Shown here: piece after piece, positions 57,043-64,000 of the stretch
Position numbering within the stretch: the stretch's first letter is position 1
Layout of the letters: every line of letters begins with the position of its first letter
DNA from: a virus
Taxonomy: Duplodnaviria > Caudoviricetes
Length of the DNA: 64,000 nt
Virus record (IMG/VR): IMGVR_UViG_3300021400_000034
Location: 64,001 to 128,000 of that record
Reading direction: 5' to 3' (one strand)
Translations under genes and position numbers: made by a program
The notes under the pieces: generated by a model
Database searches by the model: none
Seen by the model: only the letters and a program-made list of their open reading frames with translations
What the model was told of the DNA's origin: nothing

Positions 57043-57117
57043 TATTTATACTTTATCTATTTAGATTTCTCACGGATTTTCTTATATTTACTGTGTAACT
57101 TCAACAAAGGACCAGCT
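57043..57117. promoter_or_regulatory. back-to-back late (-) promoter and early (+) promoter with conserved leader
   Basis: TATAAATA (-); TTTAGA-N17-TATATT; TGTAACTTCAACAAAGGACC. Confidence 0.75.
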
Positions 57118-57489
57118 ATGAAGAGAATCATCAACACCTCTATCATGAGGAAAGCGTGCCGCATCGAATACAAGACCGAGGACGGCTTCATCACATTGAG
57201 CTTCAATGAAGATCAGACCGAGTACACGATCAGTCCGATCAAGAACAGCGAATACCTGGTTCTGATCCAGACTGAAGGCGCGTCGGAAGGACCTATGACG
57301 GCTGTCCCGTGGTGCGATCCGGTCGACACTTGGCTGAGCGAAGGCCGCTTGTCCATCTACGACGAGAGCCAGATGGACGTAAACACTGTCTTCCTCGCTA
57401 CGATGATGTATGCAGAGCTCCAGAAGCTCAACAAGAAGATGAAGATAGCTAAAGCGGCTGTCGAACTCGGAAAAGCCCTAGAAGTATAA
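57118..57489 (+). CDS. early hypothetical protein
   Basis: Behind conserved leader. Confidence 0.7.
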   Translation: MKRIINTSIMRKACRIEYKTEDGFITLSFNEDQTEYTISPIKNSEYLVLIQTEGASEGPMTAVPWCDPVDTWLSEGRLSIYDESQMDVNTVFLATMMYAELQKLNKKMKIAKAAVELGKALEV

Positions 57490-57512
57490 ATATCCTATAA
57501 AGAGGAATTTAT

Positions 57513-58475
57513 ATGCGGAAACTAATCTCAGAAAAGCGAGAGAGGAAGACTTTCGACACATTCATGACATATCTGATGGATCAGGACGGCAGGTGCTCTG
57601 CTGACGGCGGAGACCACACCTTCTACTGTCTCAAGCTGAACGACGAGAACTTCAGCTTCGACGGCTACGACAAGTTCAAGGAACAGATCGACAAGGAAGG
57701 GCTCTACGACTGGTCCTGGGTCGCAGGTCTGATTCCGAACAAGAACCTGGAAGACGGAAAGGTTCCAGTCAGCTGGCTTCCGATCTTCGGCGATCCTAAC
57801 CGCTATGTAACGAAATGGTTACGTAACGGCACGCCGTCTGGCGCAGTGGAAGAAGTCTTCCGTGACCGCAGAATGAAGATCAAGGACCGCATCGACTACT
57901 TCGCTATTCCAGCAGAAGAGCAGCTGAGCTTGAACGCTCTCAAGGAAGAGCTCGAGAAGATCGGACTTCCTTGCCGCATCAGAAGCCATCACCGCAAGGG
58001 CGACTTCTTGGAGACGAACCTCGAGTTCTCTCAAGAAGCATGCAAGAAGTGGAACGACATTCCCGTCTCGGGCGGCTACAAGATCGTATGGCTCATCCGC
58101 AACAAGTTCGTCATCAACAAGCACAAGTTCAACTCCGTCCAGAAAGTCGTAGACTACTTCAAGGAGAACAAGGATCTCTACGAGATCGCTGAAGCTAAGG
58201 AAACTATCAAGAAGGCTGGAAAGAAGCTCATCAAAGAGTCTAGCTATTCCTTCGAGAAGATGAAGAAGATCACGGAGATCCTCTACGACAACATCGAAGA
58301 GCTGAACTACGACGACGCTCAAGACATCGCAGACTACGTCTCCGAGAAGATGGAATCCGAAGACGTGGACCGTGAGTACGTAGCAGAGACGCTAGAGCAG
58401 ATGCTAGACGACTGCGGCATCCGCATCTCCTTCGACCTGTCTACTCGTCTCGCTAGCAAGATCATAGCGCTATAA
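57513..58475 (+). CDS. putative head-packaged two-segment protein
   Basis: TATAAATA 57485-57492; leader MRKLISE; internal IAEAKETIKKAGKKLIKE-S. Confidence 0.75.
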   Translation: MRKLISEKRERKTFDTFMTYLMDQDGRCSADGGDHTFYCLKLNDENFSFDGYDKFKEQIDKEGLYDWSWVAGLIPNKNLEDGKVPVSWLPIFGDPNRYVTKWLRNGTPSGAVEEVFRDRRMKIKDRIDYFAIPAEEQLSLNALKEELEKIGLPCRIRSHHRKGDFLETNLEFSQEACKKWNDIPVSGGYKIVWLIRNKFVINKHKFNSVQKVVDYFKENKDLYEIAEAKETIKKAGKKLIKESSYSFEKMKKITEILYDNIEELNYDDAQDIADYVSEKMESEDVDREYVAETLEQMLDDCGIRISFDLSTRLASKIIAL

Positions 58476-58495
58476 ATAAGAAAAAGGAATTTGGA

Positions 58496-59458
58496 ATGAA
58501 AAAGTTGACTGAAGCAATGCTTGTTCTAGAACGTTCTGGTCTCCTCATAGAAGCATATCCAGGTGAAGGCTACAAGAAGCCAGTGCTGCAAATGCTTCAA
58601 GAGATCGAAGATAATGACCGAGATCTCGGAAAGCTAGTAGACTTCATAATCAAAGACAAGTGGGGCGACATCCAGAAGGCATTCAACGAAGCGTCAAGCG
58701 AGTTCCGTGAGATCAAGTCAGATACGAGCTGGAAAGGAGATACCTACTACGCTGCTTGGTTCAAAGAAGGATTTGCTCAGAATAGCCGCGATGCTAGAAG
58801 CTACGGAAGATACATATTCTCTAAGGTCAGTAAGTTGGCTGGAATTCCGATCAAGTTCAGCAAAGAAGGCGGCGCTAGAAAGCGTGGATCCTGGACTCAG
58901 GCCTGGTGCATAGACTTCAACATTCTGACGAAGGATGACGGATCTTATGATCTCAGGGCCATCGCTGAAGTAGTAGGAAATGACGACAAGTACTGGGAAA
59001 TCCTCGATGAGCTGTATGCTCACAGGAAGGACCGACATGACTCTCATACTCCGAGCGAAGAGGAGAAGAACATAGAAAGTGCGAGAGAAACAAGTATCAT
59101 TAGAGCTCTCAACAGCATCAGCAGAGCTCCTCTGACAGAGAAAGACTGGGAGAGATTAAAAAGCAGCACAATCGGAAGACAGCTAGGAACGCTAGACAAG
59201 CTGAGCGACGAGAAGCTTAACTCGAGAAAGCACGCTATCCTTCTCATGATGGCTAAGAAGTGTCATGGTGAAATTGGCGAGGAGATCGACTTTGGAGACG
59301 AAGATGTAAGCATTACTAAGGTGAGCAGATTCCTGAGGAGATGCGGAATCTCTATACCTGACGCGCGCACATATAGGGAACTTGGAGATATTATCTTGGA
59401 TCGACTGAGAGAGGTCAAAGATTACTTCAAAGATGAGCTAGAAGTTCTCGATCAGTAA
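58496..59458 (+). CDS. putative head-packaged protein
   Basis: TATAAATA 58471-58478; leader MKKLTEAMLVLERSGLLIE. Confidence 0.75.
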   Translation: MKKLTEAMLVLERSGLLIEAYPGEGYKKPVLQMLQEIEDNDRDLGKLVDFIIKDKWGDIQKAFNEASSEFREIKSDTSWKGDTYYAAWFKEGFAQNSRDARSYGRYIFSKVSKLAGIPIKFSKEGGARKRGSWTQAWCIDFNILTKDDGSYDLRAIAEVVGNDDKYWEILDELYAHRKDRHDSHTPSEEEKNIESARETSIIRALNSISRAPLTEKDWERLKSSTIGRQLGTLDKLSDEKLNSRKHAILLMMAKKCHGEIGEEIDFGDEDVSITKVSRFLRRCGISIPDARTYRELGDIILDRLREVKDYFKDELEVLDQ

Positions 59459-59471
59459 TTAAATCTTTACA

Positions 59472-59504
59472 TTTCCGGTGGTTTTTATAATCGCCGGAAA
59501 TTTT
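59472..59504 (+). terminator. terminator-like hairpin
   Basis: TTTCCGGTG...CGCCGGAAA-TTTT. Confidence 0.55.
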
Positions 59505-59529
59505 GTAGATTTACTGTGGAAGGCTTATA

Positions 59530-59961
59530 ATGAAACCTACATTCAAAGTACTATACGAAGAGTTCAACAAGAACGAGATCCAGTTCGCGAACTGGTTCGA
59601 CTTCAGTCAGTGGTCAGTCATCAAGAGAGAGCTCTCTGGTCTGATCAAGAAATTCAGAAAGCTAGAGAAGCTAGACTTCAAGAAATCCCAGAAGGAAGTG
59701 AAAGAATTCTTCACGAAGAACATGTGGTCGGACGAGTTCAAGAAGTGCAAGAGTCTTGACGAGCTAATCGAGTACTCTATCGAGATGCGACTAGAGCGTC
59801 TCTGCATGTACTACTTCTGGTCTAAGTGCGAATATGAAGTGATCGTGTCTTCCTGGCCTCCACGCGAAGGATCAGAGGAGAAGATCGACATCTACGATCA
59901 GCTCAAAGCGAACTGGGATATATTCAAAGAACTCGTATTCAAAGAGTTGAAGCTCAGATGA
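59530..59961 (+). CDS. conserved-looking phage hypothetical protein
   Basis: YYFWSKCEYEVIV...KIDIYDQL. Confidence 0.75.
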   Translation: MKPTFKVLYEEFNKNEIQFANWFDFSQWSVIKRELSGLIKKFRKLEKLDFKKSQKEVKEFFTKNMWSDEFKKCKSLDELIEYSIEMRLERLCMYYFWSKCEYEVIVSSWPPREGSEEKIDIYDQLKANWDIFKELVFKELKLR

Positions 59962-60701
59962 CGCAAGACGAAAAGAACAAGTTCGACAGTCTGACGGACA
60001 CTTCGTATCTATTCAGACTGATCTTCGAGAGAGCTGGTCTCGATCTCACGTGCATACAGATCGACGGAAAAGACTGCTGGCACTTATACTACAAGACGGC
60101 CATCGTAGGAGCAGTCACGACCAGGCTATGGGAGACAGAGGCTGACTCTTGCACCTTCACGAACCTGCATCTCTACAAGTACTTCACTGACAAGTTTCCG
60201 AAAGTGAAAGACTTCAGGATGTCAGAGTTCTACGAGTACCGAGATGGAAAGCGGGTCAAGTTCTCGTTCGACAAGTTCGAAGACTACACAGACCAGATCA
60301 AGAAGTGCTCAGAGTCGCTGGTGAAGCATGATGAAGATGAAGAAGATCCCGACAATCTAGAGGACGCTATCGCTAGACTGAAGGACTTCTGCGACGAGTT
60401 TGACGAGAAGTTCTCGAACAACACGCTCTTCAAAGACGTGAGGGCGCTGCTGAACGAGAACGAGAGACTTAACAAAAAACTGAAAGAGGTTGACAATGGC
60501 AATGACACTAGAAGAAGCAGTTCAGAAGAGGGAAGAGCTAGTAGCGGAGCAGAGGAAGTATGCTCACGCGATCAAGATTCTGAAGTCGGAGAGCATTCCG
60601 GAGAACGGAGCGATCAAGACAGCGATCGCTCTGTACGAGTCGAAGATCAAGATGATCGACGAGAATCTGAAGGATCTAGCGAATCAGGCTCTGGATGCTG
60701 A
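59958..60701 (+). CDS. hypothetical protein (last about 68 codons overlap next gene)
   Basis: ATGA overlap at start; tail reads through next gene in another frame. Confidence 0.65.
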   Translation: MTQDEKNKFDSLTDTSYLFRLIFERAGLDLTCIQIDGKDCWHLYYKTAIVGAVTTRLWETEADSCTFTNLHLYKYFTDKFPKVKDFRMSEFYEYRDGKRVKFSFDKFEDYTDQIKKCSESLVKHDEDEEDPDNLEDAIARLKDFCDEFDEKFSNNTLFKDVRALLNENERLNKKLKEVDNGNDTRRSSSEEGRASSGAEEVCSRDQDSEVGEHSGERSDQDSDRSVRVEDQDDRRESEGSSESGSGC

Positions 60702-60903
60702 GAAGCCGGAGTGGACTATCGAGTTCAACTTCGAGGGTGAGAGCACTTACATCACTGAGTGCAAGATCGGCATCGAGAAGAACCCAGACAAAGATGATCT
60801 GATGACGTGGGACTCTAAGGAGTCTGCAGAAGAGTTCGCTAAGTGGTACGGGTACAAGCACGGCTGGAAGGTCGTTCCAGTCTCTCAGTACAAGAAGAAG
60901 TAA
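60496..60903 (+). CDS. hypothetical protein
   Basis: GAGG RBS; strong codon bias in this frame. Confidence 0.7.
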   Translation: MAMTLEEAVQKREELVAEQRKYAHAIKILKSESIPENGAIKTAIALYESKIKMIDENLKDLANQALDAEKPEWTIEFNFEGESTYITECKIGIEKNPDKDDLMTWDSKESAEEFAKWYGYKHGWKVVPVSQYKKK

Positions 60904-60906
60904 TCG

Positions 60907-61824
60907 ATGAAGCTGTTCGTAATCTCCGACATACACACGGACGTCTGGTTTCCTTATGCGGTAGAGAAAGACCGCTGGAAGCTCGATGATCCTCCTGAGT
61001 CAGCATCGAGGGACACGCTCGAGCACATCTGGAAGATGTACGAATATCCTCTAGACGTGGACGCTATCTTGGTGGCCGGAGACATAGCGAACGACTATCT
61101 GACGACGACATACACGCTCAAGTGGCTGTCGGAGAAGTACAAGAAGGTCTACTTCGTCGTCGGAAATCACGAGTTGTGCGTACGTGGAGGAACTCCGAGC
61201 AAGAGCAACCTGCAGTTCTTGAACAGCTACGAGAAAGTGACTAACCTGGGACGCTACGCTGACTCCCTAGGAAACTGCTATCTCCTCGACGCGTCGATGC
61301 GCGACGGAATCGCTGGGACTATGGGCTTCGCCGACTTCAAGTGCTGCTGCTACGACGTCGCCTCAGAAGTCAGAATGAAGCTCGCTTGGCGAAGGTCATG
61401 GTTTGACGGGAATCACTGGAAGCTGCACAGCATGAATCCTGACGACATCTGGGAGTCAGAGAGGGTCCGCATGCACGATCTGATCGGCGGAAAGCCAAAG
61501 GTGCTAGTAACTCACTTCACGCCTATTCAGCTCGGGATCACCTTCGACGCTAGGAACGATCCAGGAAACGCTTTCTTCTTTTTCGACGCTAAAGAGTTCT
61601 TGGAGGAGTTCGAAGAGGACGCTTATTGGGTGTGCGGGCATACGCACTACCACTATAAGGCAGTATACACGAACGCTAAAGGAGCCAAAGTCACTATCCT
61701 GTGTAACCCGAACGGCTATCCAGACAGCTCCCATACAGCGCTCTATGCGCCGAGCGAGAAGCGTCCTAAGACTGCGACATCGATAGGTCTGACTGAAAAC
61801 GAGCACTTCATCATCGAGATATAA
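60907..61824 (+). CDS. calcineurin-like metallophosphoesterase
   Basis: ISDIH, AGDI, GNHE, VTH, CGHTH, NPNGY. Confidence 0.9.
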   Translation: MKLFVISDIHTDVWFPYAVEKDRWKLDDPPESASRDTLEHIWKMYEYPLDVDAILVAGDIANDYLTTTYTLKWLSEKYKKVYFVVGNHELCVRGGTPSKSNLQFLNSYEKVTNLGRYADSLGNCYLLDASMRDGIAGTMGFADFKCCCYDVASEVRMKLAWRRSWFDGNHWKLHSMNPDDIWESERVRMHDLIGGKPKVLVTHFTPIQLGITFDARNDPGNAFFFFDAKEFLEEFEEDAYWVCGHTHYHYKAVYTNAKGAKVTILCNPNGYPDSSHTALYAPSEKRPKTATSIGLTENEHFIIEI

Positions 61825-61858
61825 ATAAAGAGAATAACATTCAAGGAGTTTTTCTAAG

Positions 61859-62764
61859 ATGACTACTGAAAACGAAAACATCAAGGACGAAGAGCTGAAC
61901 GAAGCTGAGCTCAGCGACGTGAAGAACTCGATCGCCTCTCTCTGCAAGAAGTACCTCACTGGCTCGTTCTTCGACAAGCTGGTCGACACGAGTGGAATCA
62001 AGATCGCCAAGGACATCCTTCTCGGCGACCTGAAGAACATGATCGGCAAGGGCACTTCTGGTCCTGCAGCTAAGAAGTTCGCTATCGCTATCCAGATGGC
62101 TAAGAATCCTGTGGCAGTCGACACTATCATGTCGAACTACATGCTCAAGGGCGACGGCATGGGATCTGGCATCGGCTACAGCGAGTCTGCCGAGATTCAG
62201 GGATTCCGCGAGTATCTCACTGAAGCCAAGAAGGGCGGATGCTGCGGCGGAAAGAAGAAGCCGTCCGAAGAAGAGATCGAAGAAGCTATCAAGGTCGTGG
62301 AGGCTGAAGGCTACAAAGTCAGCCGCATCGAAGAGTCCAAGGAAGACAAGAGCTTCGTCACCGAAGAAGAGATCGAGAAGGCTAAGAAGCTCGTCGAGTC
62401 TCGCGGATTCAAGGTTCGCGAGAAGAGAGTCAACGAGTCCGAAGAGGAATACCTGGTCTTGGAGATCCCAGCTGACAAGCTCGGATTCGACGTCGACGAA
62501 GTAGAGACTCTCATCGAGATTGCTATGAGCGACAGATCAGTTCCGACCTATCTGCGAAACAGCGTCGAGCACATTTCTACTGATCACGACGACGGAACAG
62601 TACATGTTATGGTCTACGATGCAGAAGACGCTGAAGAGGCTAAGGAAACGATCATCAAGCTGATCGACGCATTACTGGAGAACGCTACGGGCATCGAAGC
62701 CGAGATCTCCGAAGATCTTCTCGACAACTACAGAAACCTCATCGACAAGGCTGTAGAAGTCTAA
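61859..62764 (+). CDS. acidic putative head-packaged/core polyprotein
   Basis: TATAAATA 61820-61827; FREYLTE-A and two EEIE[EK]Axx[VL]VExxG[YF]KV...E-S repeats. Confidence 0.75.
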   Translation: MTTENENIKDEELNEAELSDVKNSIASLCKKYLTGSFFDKLVDTSGIKIAKDILLGDLKNMIGKGTSGPAAKKFAIAIQMAKNPVAVDTIMSNYMLKGDGMGSGIGYSESAEIQGFREYLTEAKKGGCCGGKKKPSEEEIEEAIKVVEAEGYKVSRIEESKEDKSFVTEEEIEKAKKLVESRGFKVREKRVNESEEEYLVLEIPADKLGFDVDEVETLIEIAMSDRSVPTYLRNSVEHISTDHDDGTVHVMVYDAEDAEEAKETIIKLIDALLENATGIEAEISEDLLDNYRNLIDKAVEV

Positions 62765-62787
62765 AAGATAACAAATCTTTACAAAAC

Positions 62788-62812
62788 AAGCGCCTTAACC
62801 GGCGCTTTCTTT
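62788..62812 (+). terminator. intrinsic terminator
   Basis: AAGCGCC-ttaacc-GGCGCTT-TCTTT. Confidence 0.6.
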
Positions 62813-62852
62813 GTGTTTTCTGAAAAAAATTGAGATTTTTCTGATTTTGGGG

Positions 62853-62911
62853 TTTAGATTTCTCTCAGAAGTACTTATATTGTATATGTAACTTCAACAA
62901 AGGACCTACCT
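62853..62911 (+). promoter_or_regulatory. early promoter and conserved leader
   Basis: TTTAGA-N17-TATATT; TGTAACTTCAACAAAGGACC. Confidence 0.75.
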
Positions 62912-63799
62912 ATGAATATCTGGGACAACAAGATCGAGACCAAGTCCGGCGCCACCTTCAGCCTCCACTACCGTGGCCTCAAGAACAAGACCTACTCCGG
63001 ATTCCTCCGCAACATCGAATGGCCGCGCAACTGCTCCATCTCGATTCCGAAGACCAAGGGCATGGCTGCATTCCAGGCCATCGTCGACCAGGTGATCGAC
63101 AACGAAGACAAGTTCAACTCTGCGAACACTCTCGGCCGTCCTCGCTACTACGACATCCTCGCCAACGGCGTCGCAGGTCTGCCGACCGAGAACAAGGTCT
63201 TCAAGCTGCGTGAATCCAACCCGGACTTCCACACCTACAAGAACTCCAAGCGCATGTGGTACTACAAGTCCATCGGCGGCAACTTCAACATGAAGTCCAT
63301 CAAGATCAATCACATGCGTCTGATCGACTCTGTCTCCTTCAAGGAACTCTTCCCGTTCATCAAGAACGAAGAAGTCAAGGAAGTGCTCGAAGCGCTCCGC
63401 CGCCAGAAGTTCGAATTCGAAGGCGAGTTCATCAACTTCTGCGACCAGCTCATCGACGCTACTGAGGACACCATGATTCAGTCCTACAACTCCTACATGA
63501 AGAGCTTGGTCGGCACCCACAAGACTCTCACCCGCAGCAAGAAGGACGGGACTCCGTCTCTCACTTACTACGTCTACGTCTCTGCGGACGCCTCTGCTGC
63601 CGACAAGGCGCTCCAGGAATCCGCTGGTCGTCAGGACATTCCGGCCAGCGCGAACGTCAAGGTCATCGAACTGAAGATGTTCCCGGAAGACTCCATCGCC
63701 AACGCCATGACCGACAAGGTCCGCCACGACAAGCTGGAAGCCATCAAGGCTTACTTCGCCGAGCGCAAGGCTGCCAAGAAGTCCAAGAAGGCTGCATAA
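62912..63799 (+). CDS. early hypothetical protein, probably highly expressed
   Basis: Monocistronic promoter-leader-gene-terminator unit; extreme C-ending codon bias. Confidence 0.8.
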   Translation: MNIWDNKIETKSGATFSLHYRGLKNKTYSGFLRNIEWPRNCSISIPKTKGMAAFQAIVDQVIDNEDKFNSANTLGRPRYYDILANGVAGLPTENKVFKLRESNPDFHTYKNSKRMWYYKSIGGNFNMKSIKINHMRLIDSVSFKELFPFIKNEEVKEVLEALRRQKFEFEGEFINFCDQLIDATEDTMIQSYNSYMKSLVGTHKTLTRSKKDGTPSLTYYVYVSADASAADKALQESAGRQDIPASANVKVIELKMFPEDSIANAMTDKVRHDKLEAIKAYFAERKAAKKSKKAA

Positions 63800-63820
63800 C
63801 TCTTTACCATATCTAGCAAT

Positions 63821-63850
63821 AGAGCGGGCCTCTAACTTGAGGCCCCTCTT
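63821..63850 (+). terminator. intrinsic terminator
   Basis: GGGCCTC-taactt-GAGGCCC-CTCTTT. Confidence 0.65.
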
Positions 63851-63961
63851 TCTAACTTCAACTACTCTCGACCCGTTAAGTACATTCCGACGCAGCGGAA
63901 AGAGAACTGGGAAAATAATGGTGACATATAAATAGAATGTTCCTATCACTCAAACGAGCAG

Positions 63962-63989
63962 AAATTCCGCCTTTCTGGGCGGAATTTTT
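63962..63989 (+). terminator. intrinsic terminator
   Basis: AAATTCCGCC...GGCGGAATTT-TT. Confidence 0.7.
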
Positions 63990-64000
63990 GTGTTCAGAAT

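Noticed and set aside
1-64000. tRNA, rRNA, integrase, transposase, intron or intein
   Set aside because: None recognisable by eye; tRNAscan-SE/Infernal would be needed to exclude atypical RNAs

Overview
This 64-kb window looks like part of a large (probably jumbo) T4-like tailed phage genome. It is densely packed with mostly + strand genes and contains no recognisable capsid, terminase, polymerase, tRNA, CRISPR or integrase genes. Two promoter classes are readable in the DNA. One is a sigma70-like early promoter, TTTA[CG][AG]-N17-TA[TA]A[TA]T (8 clear copies; four also share the leader TGTAAC[TC]TCAACAAA(A)GGACC). The other is a T4-type late promoter, [T/G/A]ATAAATA (about 15 copies). 5.2-24.1 kb is a late adhesin/tail-fibre cluster: beta-helix-like, BspA/DUF285-like LRR and Fibrobacter-major-domain (FISUMP)-like modules, two internally deleted gene relics and glycosyltransferases. 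The rest is accessory: DUF2828/vWA fragment, AEP-like protein, SPFH protein, GNAT, RNA ligase, degenerate isochorismatase, NADAR, further glycosyltransferases, TupA-like ATP-grasp, SprT protease, nucleotidyltransferase, Dps/ferritin-like protein, CCA-adding enzyme, metallophosphoesterase and many small hypotheticals. The most striking pattern is about 11 otherwise unrelated, mostly late-promoter genes. They share T4 capsid-targeting-like leaders and a recurring EAxxI[LI]xxsGxx[LI]xE module, both at N-termini and between domains, suggesting a head-packaged, protease-processed (poly)protein cargo system. All family assignments are from motif recognition by eye; no database searches were run.
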